Part shown: one piece after another, positions 16,864 through 26,492 of the stretch
Position numbering within the stretch: position 1 is the first letter of the stretch
How the letters are laid out: each line of letters starts with the position of its first letter
Assembly: GCA_964453605.1 (NCBI GenBank)
Contig: CAYVOI010000001.1
Location: 102,276-166,275 of the forward strand
Source of the DNA: an uncultured Gammaproteobacteria bacterium
GTDB lineage: Bacteria > Patescibacteriota > Patescibacteriia > Veblenbacterales > UBA10138
Direction of reading: 5' to 3'
Length of the DNA stretch: 64,000 nucleotides
Notes under the pieces: model-generated
Told to the model about the DNA's origin: nothing
Databases searched by the model: none
What the model saw: the letters and a program-made list of their open reading frames with translations, nothing else
Made by a program: the position numbers and the translations under genes

Positions 16864-17442
16864 ATGGAGATAACCACTTACCTCAGGGAGCTCCGCCGTA
16901 CCTACCAAGCCACTGCCCAAGCTCGGCGGAAGCTGGTGGACCTTTCGGCGCAAGCTCAGCACCTCAGCAAGCAAGCTATTTTTACTGCCCAGCGCGGTGA
17001 GCTTAAGCAGGCTCAGGAGTTGCTAGCGGCGGCCGTAGCGCTGCTCAAGCAAGGCCAAGCCCTTTGCCGCCAGGTCGGCGAACTTGAGTACTTAGGTAGC
17101 TACCGTGCTGCGCTTGAAGAGTTTGTGGAAGCAGATCTCTTTACCACCTACCTCAAGCGCGGGGGAGTGGGGCGTGTATCAAAAGTGAAGGTGGCACCGG
17201 AGGTGTACCTCGGTGGGTTGTCAGATATGCTCGGCGAACTGGTGCGCTACGCTGTAAAACTTGCTACTGAGGGCAAACCTACTGAGGTGGACAAGCTAGC
17301 TAAATTCGTAACGCAGGTGGTGGGGGAGCTGGCGGCTATGAACCTCACGGGCAGCCTGCGGAACAAGTTCGACCAGGCCAAGCAGCACCTGCGGCGGCTG
17401 GAGGACATCCGCTACGACTTGAGCATCCGTCGCCATGCCTAA
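16864..17442 (+). CDS. translin-family protein
   Basis: All-helical, 192 aa. The C-terminus SLRNKFDQAKQHLRRLEDIRYDLSIRR aligns with the translin C-terminal signature SLRKRYDGLKYDVKKVEEVVYDLSIRG. The upstream YLGGLSDMLGELVRYAV aligns with YLEGAIHAANELSRLAV. Confidence 0.6.
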   Translation: MEITTYLRELRRTYQATAQARRKLVDLSAQAQHLSKQAIFTAQRGELKQAQELLAAAVALLKQGQALCRQVGELEYLGSYRAALEEFVEADLFTTYLKRGGVGRVSKVKVAPEVYLGGLSDMLGELVRYAVKLATEGKPTEVDKLAKFVTQVVGELAAMNLTGSLRNKFDQAKQHLRRLEDIRYDLSIRRHA

Positions 17443-17809
17443 GGTGTCTGGGCTAGTGATTCCCGGTGAAGGTTTGGGGCGTACCACGGGCTACCCCACG
17501 GCTAACCTTAAGCTTGAGGCTGGTAGCTTTCGTCCTAACCCAGGTGTGTACCTGGCTTGGGTTGATGGTTTAGCCGAGCCTCGCCAGCCAGCACTGCTCG
17601 TTTCTGGGGTGGCTTGGGAGCAGGCCGGTGTGCCTCGTGTTGAGGTGTACGTGCTGGATGTGGAGCTTGACCTCTACGGCAAAGTCTTAACCGTAGAGCT
17701 TGGGCAGCGCTTGCGTGATGTCACACGGTTCGCAACTACCGAGGCACTGGTACAGCAAATAGCCGCCGATGTGGCCGCGGCGCGTAAGCTTAACGAGTGG
17801 TTGGCTTAG
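17435..17809 (+). CDS. riboflavin kinase (stand-alone flavokinase domain)
   Basis: GEGLGRTTGYPTANL (G.G.G..G.PTAN). VYVLDVELDLYGKVLTVELGQRLRDVTRFATTEALVQQIAADV (E.hl.DF..DLYG....V.F...lR.e.kF.s.e.L..QI..D). Confidence 0.7.
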   Translation: MPKVSGLVIPGEGLGRTTGYPTANLKLEAGSFRPNPGVYLAWVDGLAEPRQPALLVSGVAWEQAGVPRVEVYVLDVELDLYGKVLTVELGQRLRDVTRFATTEALVQQIAADVAAARKLNEWLA

Positions 17810-18630
17810 GCTTGGTGCTGTTTCTGGTAGAGTTCGTACACGTTCCAGAGCAGCATCGCCACAGTCATAGGCCCTACGCCACCAGGTACGGGGGTGAGGT
17901 AAATAGCTCGCTCAGCTAGTTCGGGCGCAGCGTCGCCCATGACCCGCCCCTCAATTTTGGTAGTGCCCACGTCAATCACAATGGCGCCGTCTTTCACGTA
18001 CTCGCTCTGGAGTGCGCCAGGCTTGCCCACGGCAACAATAATAATGTCGGCCGTTTTAAGTTCCAATCCAGTTTCGCTAGCTACCGTTGTGTGTACGCCC
18101 TGGCCATCAAGTAGTTTCATAAGTGGCTGAGCAAATTCCTGACTGTTCACTATCAGCGCCGCGGTTTTACCACGCAGTGGTTGCTTGGCTAGTTCGATCA
18201 GTTTCATTATCCCGTTCGTAAGGCCAGGTGTTACGGCTTCGCGTCCAGCTAAGAATGCGCTCAGGTTCTGCGGGTGGAAACCGTCCGCGTCTTTTTTTGG
18301 GTCCATGAGCGCCACCACCTCGTACTCGTTCAGGTGTTTCGGGACCGGCAGTTGTATTAAAATGGCAGTTACGTCCTCGCGTTCATTAAACGTTTTGATG
18401 TGCTGAGCTACGGTAGCAAATGGTGCATGTTCAGGTAGCACAATTTTTTCTACTTTGATGCCAACTTCAGCCGCTGCTTTTTCCTTGAGCCCGACGTAGA
18501 GGTGCGAGGCCGGGTCGCCGCCAACCAAAATAACGCCCAAGGTGGGTGTATTAGGCAGCGCAGCAATTTTTACCTTGAGCGCTTGCCTCAGCTCTGTCGC
18601 CAGCGCCCTACCATCAAGGGTGAACGCCAT
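17806..18630 (-). CDS. folD: bifunctional methylenetetrahydrofolate dehydrogenase/cyclohydrolase FolD
   Basis: LDGRALA...TLGVILVGGDPASHLYVGLKEKAA, NAD(P) site, and C-terminal PVPGGVGPMTVAML. Confidence 0.9.
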   Translation of the reverse strand: MAFTLDGRALATELRQALKVKIAALPNTPTLGVILVGGDPASHLYVGLKEKAAAEVGIKVEKIVLPEHAPFATVAQHIKTFNEREDVTAILIQLPVPKHLNEYEVVALMDPKKDADGFHPQNLSAFLAGREAVTPGLTNGIMKLIELAKQPLRGKTAALIVNSQEFAQPLMKLLDGQGVHTTVASETGLELKTADIIIVAVGKPGALQSEYVKDGAIVIDVGTTKIEGRVMGDAAPELAERAIYLTPVPGGVGPMTVAMLLWNVYELYQKQHQA

Positions 18631-18633
18631 AGC

Positions 18634-19941
18634 TCAGGTGAGTTCGGGGTAGAGCGGGTGGGCAGTAGTAAGGCCTCGCACCTTTTTGCGTATGTCGTTT
18701 AGTACTGCGTCGTCTCCTGGGTGTTTTAGTGCTCCGATAATCAACTCACCAACCTCGGACATGTTTTGTTCCGTGAATCCACGGGTGGTGAGCGCTGGCG
18801 TGCCCAGACGAATGCCTGACGGATCAAATGGTTTGCGAGGATCGAACGGGATGGTGTTTTTATTCACAGTGATCTCAACTTGTCCCAGTAATTCTTCAGC
18901 TTGTTTGCCAGTCAAGCCAAGTGGCGTCACATCAGCCAGAATAAGGTGATTGTCAGTACCGCCGGTAATAAGCCGTAGGCCGCCAGTAGTCAAAACTTCA
19001 GCCAGCCGTTTTGCGTTTTTTACTATTTGCTGGCCGTACATTTTAAATTCAGGTGTAGCTGCTTCTCTGAGCGCTACCGCAATGGCAGCGGTTTGGTGGT
19101 TGTGTGGCCCACCCTGCAAGCCAGGTATAATGGCTCTGTCGATTAAGGTGGGTAAATTCTCTCGTGACCGCTCCATAGCTTTAAGCGGATTAGAAGGATT
19201 ACCGCTGCACAGGATGAGTGCTCCGCGTGGTCCACGTAGAGTTTTGTGAGTGGTTGTGGTAATTACATCGGCAATACCAGCGGGCGATGGATGAGCTCCT
19301 GCTACGATGAGCCCTGCGATGTGAGAAATGTCTGCCACTAGAAAGGCACTACAGATATCGGCAATGGTCCGGAGCTTTTGCCAGTCAAAAATGCGGGGGT
19401 AGGCCGTGGCCCCAACAAAAATAAGCTTTGGTTTGTGCTGACGTACGAGCTCGGCCATTGCTTCGTAATCGAGGTAGCCGTCCTGATCAGTGCGATACTG
19501 TACCGAGTTGAACCACTTGCCGGAAAAATTTACCTTGAGCCCGTGGGTCATGTGACCACCGTAGTACAGTTCGAGCCCCATCACCGTGTCGCCCGGGTCA
19601 ACTAGTGCGTAGTACACGGCTAGGTTAGCCGGACTGCCAGAATAGGCTTGCACGTTGGCATGTGATACACCAAAGAGCGTTTTAGCCCGCTCGCGGGCAA
19701 TATCTTCAATTTGATCAACGAATTCGCACCCCCCATAGTACCGTTTTCCAGGGTAGCCCTCAGAGTACTTGTCAGTGAGGCGGGACCCCAAGGCTTCCAG
19801 AACCGCTGGGGAGGTAAAGTTTTCGCTTGGGATCATTTCCAAGCCATCCCGTTGGCGGGCAACTTCAGCCTCGATTAGCTGAGCAATTTCGGGGTCCTGT
19901 GCCTTTATGTGTTCGAACATAGCGTTTACTATGGTAGCCAT
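18634..19941 (-). CDS. glyA: serine hydroxymethyltransferase
   Basis: SGSPANLAVYYALVDPGDTVMGLELYYGGHMTHG and the PLP lysine block TTTTHKTLRGPRGALI. Confidence 0.9.
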   Translation of the reverse strand: MATIVNAMFEHIKAQDPEIAQLIEAEVARQRDGLEMIPSENFTSPAVLEALGSRLTDKYSEGYPGKRYYGGCEFVDQIEDIARERAKTLFGVSHANVQAYSGSPANLAVYYALVDPGDTVMGLELYYGGHMTHGLKVNFSGKWFNSVQYRTDQDGYLDYEAMAELVRQHKPKLIFVGATAYPRIFDWQKLRTIADICSAFLVADISHIAGLIVAGAHPSPAGIADVITTTTHKTLRGPRGALILCSGNPSNPLKAMERSRENLPTLIDRAIIPGLQGGPHNHQTAAIAVALREAATPEFKMYGQQIVKNAKRLAEVLTTGGLRLITGGTDNHLILADVTPLGLTGKQAEELLGQVEITVNKNTIPFDPRKPFDPSGIRLGTPALTTRGFTEQNMSEVGELIIGALKHPGDDAVLNDIRKKVRGLTTAHPLYPELT

Positions 19942-20093
19942 TGCCGCCCGGTTTGTCTATGTAGTGAGGTGAAAAACGCCGGGGCATTGGTCATGCAATA
20001 ATGCTTTTGTTTCCCATGCCTGTCATTTTTATCTTGTTGAGACGCCTGACGCAGGCTATACTACCTATAGTCTTTTAGCTAACAAGTTGTACT

Positions 20094-21209
20094 ATGCGAC
20101 GAGTTCAGTTTTCATGTTTGACCCTTGGTTTGCTCTCGACAGTTCTTATGCCAGGGAGTTTAGCGGCTGCTACACAACCCGATGTACCTAGCATTCCCAC
20201 GACCACTAACTACTACGCGGCAGGAGAGACTGTGGTGGTAAAAGATGATGTGGAGAGTGATGTACTGGTGGCCGGGGGCAACGTAACCGTGACTGGCCAA
20301 GTTGGGGGTGACGTGTTGGTTATTGGCGGTAACGTCCAGGTGGCAGGCCAGGTTATTGGTAACGTGCGGGTGCTTGGGGGTAATGTCGAACTTGCTGGTT
20401 CGGTCGGGCACAATGTTTCGGTGGTTGGGGGTACGTTGGTGCTTGGCAAGAGCTCGCGGGTTGGGGGGCACGTCAGTGCTGCGGTTGGCTCGCTGAAGCT
20501 CGAGGGTACCGTTGAGGGGAGCGTGCAGGCTGCGGCAGGTGATGCGGTGGTGGCCGGTGAAGTTAAGGGCCCTGTTGAGGTATGGCTTGGGCGCGATGGT
20601 CAACTTGAAGTTGCGAGCACCGCTGTAACCGGTGCTGGGTTTACCTACCACGCCTCCCGACCGGCTACCGTAGGTGCTGGGGCTAAGTTGGCACAAGTGC
20701 CAGAGCTTAAACCGTTTGTACTAACCAGAGACCAGGGCCATGTGGGCTGGCTCATTTCGCTATTTGGAAGTTTAGCTCTAGCCCTTGTGCTGGTGCGGTT
20801 ACTGCCTAAAAAGTTAATGGAAGTAGCCAGCGAAGCGTTGGCACACCCTTGGAGTTCTTTGGGTAAGGGGGCGCTCTGGGCGGTGGTAGTGCCCTTGGCT
20901 GTAATTGTTATGCTACTTACGTTGATTGGTCTGCCCATTGCGCTAGTACTCGGTGCTGTTTACGTAGTTGGTGTACTCGTTAGTAAGGTGGTGGCTGGAG
21001 CGGCCGTGGGGTGGTGGCTCAAGCAGCGACCCCAGCTCAAGTTTATGCAGAGCTGGTCCACGCTGTGGCTGGTACTGTTTGGTGTAACCTTGTTCCGACT
21101 CGTGACGTTTATTCCTATCCCCGGCACTTTGGTTGGTTTGGTTGCCATGCTCTGGGCCTGGGGAGCACTCATCGAGGTGCAGCGGCGTACTCTAGCTTCA
21201 TTCCGGTAA
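20094..21209 (+). CDS. signal-peptide protein with bactofilin-like beta-helix repeats and a C-terminal polytopic membrane domain
   Basis: Signal peptide with AAATQP. Repeats VLVAGGNVTVTGQVGGDVLVIGGNVQVAGQVIGNVRVLGGNVELAGSVGHNVSVVGGTLVLG. Then four or more TM helices (WLISLFGSLALALVLVRLL, ALWAVVVPLAVIVMLLTLIGLPIALVLGAVYVVGVLV, and others). Confidence 0.5.
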   Translation: MRRVQFSCLTLGLLSTVLMPGSLAAATQPDVPSIPTTTNYYAAGETVVVKDDVESDVLVAGGNVTVTGQVGGDVLVIGGNVQVAGQVIGNVRVLGGNVELAGSVGHNVSVVGGTLVLGKSSRVGGHVSAAVGSLKLEGTVEGSVQAAAGDAVVAGEVKGPVEVWLGRDGQLEVASTAVTGAGFTYHASRPATVGAGAKLAQVPELKPFVLTRDQGHVGWLISLFGSLALALVLVRLLPKKLMEVASEALAHPWSSLGKGALWAVVVPLAVIVMLLTLIGLPIALVLGAVYVVGVLVSKVVAGAAVGWWLKQRPQLKFMQSWSTLWLVLFGVTLFRLVTFIPIPGTLVGLVAMLWAWGALIEVQRRTLASFR

Positions 21210-21212
21210 GCT

Positions 21213-22541
21213 GTGCCATTCTCCGATGCCATCTTTAAAGCTTACGATATCCGCGGGGTATACCCCGCGGAGCTTAATGAAGAGGCAGCGGAGGCTGTGG
21301 GTCGCGCGGTAGCTAAGCTTGTTCAGGGTGGCCGCGTGGTGGTGGGCAGGGACATGCGCTTGTCGTCACCCCAGCTCCACCAGGCACTCATTACGGGCCT
21401 CAGGCAGGGTGGCTGCGCGGTTGATGACATGGACCTGGTCCCTATAGACGCGGTGTACTTTGCCGTGGGGAAGTTTGGGTACGACGCCGGTGTTATGGTA
21501 ACTGCCTCGCACAACCCGCCGGAGTACAATGGGTTTAAAATTATGCGTAAAGGCACGCAGTGGGTGAGGGGGAGCGAGCTTAAGGAGCTCGTGGGGACCT
21601 TTAACGCACAGGCTCCAGTTGCTGGTTCGCTGTCGGAGTTTGATATCTGGCCCTCTTACCTTGAGCACGTGCGTTCATTCGTTCACCCCGAAATGTTGAA
21701 ACCACTTAAGGTCGTGGTAGATGCTGGTAACGGCATGGCTGGTAAAGTTATACCAGCGCTCTTTACAGGGTTACCGTTTAAGCTTACGCCGCTCTTTTTT
21801 GAACTCGACGGCTCGTTCCCCAACCGGCAGTCTAACCCCCTACTCCCAGGTTCTTCTGAGGCCGCTGCCGCTAAAGTGAAAGCAGTAGGAGCCGATGTCG
21901 GCGTGATGTTCGACGGCGACACTGATCGCGTGTTCTTTCTTGATGAGCAAGGTACATTTGTACCAGCCGATGTCACCATGCTCCTCTTGGCTCGCGAGTT
22001 CCTAAACCGTGAACCCGGTGTAGCTATTGGCTATAACCTTATCTGTTCTCGTGCAGTACCGGAGTTTATTACCCGATGGGGTGGTAAGCCTATTCGCACG
22101 GCCGTAGGTTACGTGAATGTGAGTCAGGCTATTTTAAAGCAGGGTGCCGTTATGGGTGGCGAACTCTCAGCACATTATAGTTTTCGTGATAACTATGCCG
22201 CCGACTCAGGCATGATTGCACTTCTCCTAGTATTGGAGCTTCTTTCGCGCGAGGGCAAACCTTTGTCAGAACTCGTTCACGAGTTTAGCCTTTACACTAA
22301 GGCCCCGGAGTTAAACTTGAAAGTCGCCGACAAAGATAAGGTGCTCGCCGCAGTTAAGGCTCGCTATGCTGATGCGCAGGTAGATGAGCTCGATGGTGTA
22401 ACCGTAAGCTACCCCGACTGGTGGGTGAATGTTCGCCCCTCGAACACTGAGCCACTACTTCGCGTGACGGTGGAGGCAAAAGACGGTGCACTACTCCAGC
22501 AAAAGCAGGAGGAGATTAAACGTTTGGTGGAACAGGTATGA
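21213..22541 (+). CDS. phosphomannomutase/phosphoglucomutase (alpha-D-phosphohexomutase)
   Basis: Active-site loop VTASHNPPEYNGFK. Metal-binding FDGDTDR. Sugar-binding GGELSAHY. Ends in TGA. Confidence 0.8.
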   Translation: MPFSDAIFKAYDIRGVYPAELNEEAAEAVGRAVAKLVQGGRVVVGRDMRLSSPQLHQALITGLRQGGCAVDDMDLVPIDAVYFAVGKFGYDAGVMVTASHNPPEYNGFKIMRKGTQWVRGSELKELVGTFNAQAPVAGSLSEFDIWPSYLEHVRSFVHPEMLKPLKVVVDAGNGMAGKVIPALFTGLPFKLTPLFFELDGSFPNRQSNPLLPGSSEAAAAKVKAVGADVGVMFDGDTDRVFFLDEQGTFVPADVTMLLLAREFLNREPGVAIGYNLICSRAVPEFITRWGGKPIRTAVGYVNVSQAILKQGAVMGGELSAHYSFRDNYAADSGMIALLLVLELLSREGKPLSELVHEFSLYTKAPELNLKVADKDKVLAAVKARYADAQVDELDGVTVSYPDWWVNVRPSNTEPLLRVTVEAKDGALLQQKQEEIKRLVEQV

Positions 22542-23317
22542 TAGGCTTGTTTGATTCCGGTGTAGGGGGGCTTACGGTGGTAAAAGAGGTGCAGCGTCGG
22601 CTGCCCAAAGTGCAGCTGACCTACTTTGGTGACACGGCGCGTACGCCCTACGGTAACAAATCGGCTGAAGTTATTGAGCAGTACGGTTTGGAAGCTGCTA
22701 AGTTTTTAGTTGAGCAGGGGGCCCAGGTGCTGGTGGTGGCTTGTAACACTGTTTCGGCCTTAGGGCTTGAGGCCATAAAAAAAGCTTACCCCACACTGCC
22801 GGTGTTCGACGTAATAACGCCTGCCGTGGTGCGGGTTATTGCAGACAAGGTAGCCCGGGTTGGGGTTATGGGTACACGTGCTCTGGTAGGGAGCGGCATT
22901 TACCAGCGCTTGCTTAAAACTGCACCTGGAGTCACCGTTACTGCTAGCGCCGCGCCCCTCCTGGTGCCGCTCGTCGAGGAGAACTGGCTCGACAAACCAG
23001 AAACTAAACGGATAGTTAAACACTACCTCACGCCGTTCAAGCAAGCTCAAGTTGAGGCGGTGGTGTTGGCCTGCACACACTACCCACTGCTTAAGAAACT
23101 CATTTCCGCGCGCGTGGGTAAGAGTGTACAGGTAATTGACCCAGCTGAGGCCACGGCCGAGGCACTAGTCGAGTGGCTGAAGCAAAATCCGCCCGTGACC
23201 CAGAGCCTAACTCATGGCCCGAGCCACTTCTACGTGTCTGACCTTACCCCGCAAGCCCAAGCTATTGCTCAACGCTGGCTCGGGAGTAGTATTACCTTAG
23301 AGAAAGCTCACCTCTAA
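22538..23317 (+). CDS. murI: glutamate racemase
   Basis: GLFDSGVGGLTVV, YFGDTARTPYGNKS, VVACNT and ACTHYPLL catalytic cysteine blocks. Confidence 0.85.
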   Translation: MIGLFDSGVGGLTVVKEVQRRLPKVQLTYFGDTARTPYGNKSAEVIEQYGLEAAKFLVEQGAQVLVVACNTVSALGLEAIKKAYPTLPVFDVITPAVVRVIADKVARVGVMGTRALVGSGIYQRLLKTAPGVTVTASAAPLLVPLVEENWLDKPETKRIVKHYLTPFKQAQVEAVVLACTHYPLLKKLISARVGKSVQVIDPAEATAEALVEWLKQNPPVTQSLTHGPSHFYVSDLTPQAQAIAQRWLGSSITLEKAHL

Positions 23318-23321
23318 GTTT

Positions 23322-24329
23322 ATGGCTGAAATTGTTTTTACGGAACTCGAAGGTTGGGAGGAGGACTACCTCCGAGATAAGCTGCCCGGGCATAAACTCA
23401 CGTTTATTCGCCGACCCCTACAGCCGCAGGATTTTGATGGCTTGAAGCGCGCCCAGGTGCTTTCGCCCTTCATTTACACGCCGGTTACCGCCGAGGTACT
23501 AGAGAAACTGCCCGAGCTTAAGCTAGTAGCTACCCGCTCCACGGGGTTTGACCATGTGGATCTGAAAGTGTGTGCTGAACGCGGCATTATCGTTTGTAAT
23601 GTGCCATACTACGGCGAGAACACCGTAGCTGAACACACTTGGGCTTTAATCCTGGCCCTGTCCAGAAAAATTTTTCAGTCGTACGAGCGCACGGAGAAGG
23701 GTGACTTTACTACCACGGGACTTCAGGGCTTTGATCTCAAGGGTAAAACGTTGGGGGTGGTAGGCTGCGGACACATAGGTCAACACATGGTGCGGTATGC
23801 CAAGGCGTTCGAGATGAACGTGCTTGTTTATGATGCGCGACCGAACCAGGAGCTCGCCAACGCGCTAGGGTTTACGTATGTATCCTTGGACGCCCTGCTT
23901 AAAGAGGCAGACGTTATAACGCTCCATGCGCCGTACAATGAGAAAACTCACCACCTTTTGAATTTGGACAACATGAAACTTATTAAAAAGGGTGCTGTGC
24001 TGGTGAACACAGCTCGTGGCGGGTTAATAGATACCGCAGCACTCGTGGCAGCGCTCGAAGACGGCACCCTCTGTGGTGCCGGGTTAGATGTGCTGGAAGA
24101 GGAGTGTTTTATAAAAGAAGAGAGCGAGCTGCTCTCTCCAGAGTTTCACAAGAAGTGCGACCTCAAAACGCTAATCGCCAACCACGTGCTCCTCAAACGC
24201 GACGACGTTATTATTACCCCGCACAATGCGTTCAACAGTGCGGAGGCACTCTACCGCATCTTGGACACCACCATTGAGAACATCCTAGGGTTTTTGGAGG
24301 GCAGAGTTGTGAACCAGGTTAACATGTAG
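23322..24329 (+). CDS. D-isomer-specific 2-hydroxyacid dehydrogenase (D-LDH/PGDH family)
   Basis: NAD-binding GVVGCGHIGQHMVRYAKAFEMNVLVYD. Catalytic R/E/H blocks LVNTARGGLID and ITPHNAF. Confidence 0.8.
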   Translation: MAEIVFTELEGWEEDYLRDKLPGHKLTFIRRPLQPQDFDGLKRAQVLSPFIYTPVTAEVLEKLPELKLVATRSTGFDHVDLKVCAERGIIVCNVPYYGENTVAEHTWALILALSRKIFQSYERTEKGDFTTTGLQGFDLKGKTLGVVGCGHIGQHMVRYAKAFEMNVLVYDARPNQELANALGFTYVSLDALLKEADVITLHAPYNEKTHHLLNLDNMKLIKKGAVLVNTARGGLIDTAALVAALEDGTLCGAGLDVLEEECFIKEESELLSPEFHKKCDLKTLIANHVLLKRDDVIITPHNAFNSAEALYRILDTTIENILGFLEGRVVNQVNM

Positions 24330-24366
24330 TTGGCTTGGGTAAGAGAACAGCCCGTGTCTTTTCTCA

Positions 24367-24401
24367 GACACGGGCTGTTTTGCTATAGCCCTGGCTGTTG
24401 A
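24367..24401. terminator. rho-independent terminator between convergent genes
   Basis: ACAGCCCGTGTCT-tttctc-AGACACGGGCTGT followed by TTTT. Confidence 0.7.
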
Positions 24402-24415
24402 GTTTACAGCTCGTT

Positions 24416-24865
24416 CTACATTAGTGGCATCAGCATGCTTCCTACCACGAAGCATGTGATAGTGCTGCAGGATTGGCGTAAGAGGCCGTCGAACTTATCA
24501 TGCCAAACAGCGGCCCAGGTAGCCGGCGGCACAAGGAACGCAGCGTAAAAGACGAATACCCCATCGGGGTTGTAGCCCCTCATTGCAAATGGTGCGGCCG
24601 CTACTATCCCGCCGAGGAAGAATGCAAGCGCCAGTTCCTTTGCTTGTGGCGTAATTAGCCAGGCCCAGCGGGGGCCGAGCATACTTAGCAGTCCGCCGAG
24701 CGAGAGTGCTAGTAGTACCGCGGTAATTACTGCCGCGTGGTAGTCGGTTGGCTTGCCGGGAGTCCATTGTTCACTGGGTACTAACTTGAAGTGCCAGGCG
24801 ATGAGCGCTGCGGCCGTCAGTACACCGGTTACAATGTTTAATTTTATGAAAGCACGTTTTTCCAT
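24416..24865 (-). CDS. polytopic membrane protein, hypothetical
   Basis: 149 aa with four predicted TM helices. No motif. Confidence 0.45.
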   Translation of the reverse strand: MEKRAFIKLNIVTGVLTAAALIAWHFKLVPSEQWTPGKPTDYHAAVITAVLLALSLGGLLSMLGPRWAWLITPQAKELALAFFLGGIVAAAPFAMRGYNPDGVFVFYAAFLVPPATWAAVWHDKFDGLLRQSCSTITCFVVGSMLMPLM

Positions 24866-24947
24866 TGCTAGTCTCCTGTTGTTATTGCATGATGTTGATT
24901 TAATTTGTTAGTATTGTAACAGCTTATGGTAGCCTATTGTGTAATGT

Positions 24948-25694
24948 ATGTCAAGGTTTAGCAGGGGTATTGAGGGCGCCGGGAAATTTTTTGGCGAACA
25001 TGTGGCCAAACACGCACTTGAGTTTGCTCGCCGCCAAGTTGAACGTTTCGAAGTTGATGTGGCTGGTCTTGAAAATCTACAAGAGCTAGCCAACCGCCCC
25101 TACCTGTTAGCGGCCAACCACGTAAAGCCCGAAGGTAAGACAGCGCAGCAATCTGCCTTGGCGCCCGATGCTTTGGTGTTGGAGCACATCGTGCACGAGG
25201 CAACGAATCGTGAGTTGAAAATTATTGCTAAATCTGACGATGGTTGGTGGTCAGAAAATTTATGGCGTCGCTTTCTGCAGCGGCAGAGCCAACCCTTCGG
25301 CAAGGGTATGCACGAAGCCCTAGGGTTTATTCCTATTAAGAAAAATTCAGGCAGCTTTAATAGGGATTTTGTTCAGCTGGTTGAGCGAGCCGTGGCCGAT
25401 GGCAACCCCCTGCTCATGTTTCCTGAAGGCGTTTGGAAAGATACGTTTGACCCTAACGCCAGGCTTGAGGACGGCGTAGCATTTATTGCGCAAAAGCATG
25501 GTTTGCCAATTGTGCCCGCGTACCTTGAGGGTGCTACCAGCTGGGAACCAGGTACAGAGGTCAGGGTTGCTTTTGGGCCTCGCCTAGAGGCTGACCGTTT
25601 TCAAACGCGAGAGGAGCTACTAGCAGCGCTCAGGCAGAGCCTGGGGGTTCTGCAAGCTGAGTCAGAGATTGCAGACAAAAACACCTTGAGTTAA
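24948..25694 (+). CDS. putative acyltransferase (lysophospholipid/PlsC-like family)
   Basis: LLAANHVKPEGK (H-block variant) and LLMFPEGVWKDT (FPEGTR-like block). Moderate similarity only. Confidence 0.4.
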   Translation: MSRFSRGIEGAGKFFGEHVAKHALEFARRQVERFEVDVAGLENLQELANRPYLLAANHVKPEGKTAQQSALAPDALVLEHIVHEATNRELKIIAKSDDGWWSENLWRRFLQRQSQPFGKGMHEALGFIPIKKNSGSFNRDFVQLVERAVADGNPLLMFPEGVWKDTFDPNARLEDGVAFIAQKHGLPIVPAYLEGATSWEPGTEVRVAFGPRLEADRFQTREELLAALRQSLGVLQAESEIADKNTLS

Positions 25695-25712
25695 ATTTTG
25701 ATTTTTATGAAA

Positions 25713-25743
25713 GCGGCTCGAACCTGTGGCAGGTTCGAGCCGC
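25713..25743. terminator. bidirectional rho-independent terminator
   Basis: GCGGCTCGAACCT-gtggc-AGGTTCGAGCCGC. Perfect 13-bp stem between convergent genes. Confidence 0.7.
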
Positions 25744-25753
25744 TGATATTTCT

Positions 25754-26299
25754 TCATAGCCTTTCTACCAGACTCTGGTAGAAAGGGTTTCTGCTCAGGG
25801 CAGCAATGGAGGCGGCACGATCGCCACTCAGCCAACGCATTTTGACGGCAACTGCCAAGCAGACAGCCTCATCGCAGAGGCCATAGAGCCCAGAGAAGGA
25901 CAGAATGACATCATCAGCTCGGAACACACCGTCCTGCTCCGTTTGCTCGGCACGTTCTGCCTTGATGCTTTCCTCTTCTTCGGCGCGAATAGCACCTGGC
26001 CACTCGTCGAGCTCGGGGTGCTGCGACTGGAAACTGCTCATGTGCTCGGGGTGAGCGAGCAGTCTGAACGCTTTTTCCTGTGACAGCCGGAAGTACTTCT
26101 CCATTTTTTCTTCTGGCATTTCGCTGATAGGTATAATAAGGGCCGGTTGTTTGGCCTCGAGGTCGATGACCGTGAGGTAGCCACCCCTGCTTTCTGGTCT
26201 GGGGTTGCCGGGGAGTTTGGCGCTCAACTCAACCGCCCGTTCAACGTAGTGGATGAGCATTTCTCTCGTCCGTGTAACTAGTCCAGGCATGATGTTCAT
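25754..26299 (-). CDS. hypothetical cytoplasmic protein (start placed at MNIMPGL, good SD)
   Basis: The ORF track gives 25754..26365. An internal ATG with the GGAGAAATAGC spacer is preferred. No recognisable motif. Confidence 0.4.
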   Translation of the reverse strand: MNIMPGLVTRTREMLIHYVERAVELSAKLPGNPRPESRGGYLTVIDLEAKQPALIIPISEMPEEKMEKYFRLSQEKAFRLLAHPEHMSSFQSQHPELDEWPGAIRAEEEESIKAERAEQTEQDGVFRADDVILSFSGLYGLCDEAVCLAVAVKMRWLSGDRAASIAALSRNPFYQSLVERL

Positions 26300-26452
26300 G
26301 CTATTTCTCCTTTGTTGTAGGTTTTTGTGGTTTATGATTTTCCGTCGGGCGCAAGCATTTCCCAAGAGAGAAGCATAAACATTGTAAATGAGCTTTTTCG
26401 TAACACCTTACTGTAATTTAAAAACCGTCATTCTGTCAAGGTTTACTAAAAA

Positions 26453-26480
26453 ACCGAGGCGCGTATGAGCCTCGGTTGTG
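26453..26480 (-). terminator. terminator downstream of trpS
   Basis: Minus strand reads AACCGAGGCTCATACGCGCCTCGGTTTTTT. Confidence 0.6.
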
Positions 26481-26492
26481 TACAGTAGAATC

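Noticed and set aside
22539-22541. Possibility of an alternative genetic code (UGA recoding, as in some candidate phyla)
   Set aside because: TGA terminates several well-conserved genes at the expected protein ends, for example the phosphohexomutase at 22539-22541. Conserved proteins contain no in-frame TGA, so the standard code applies.
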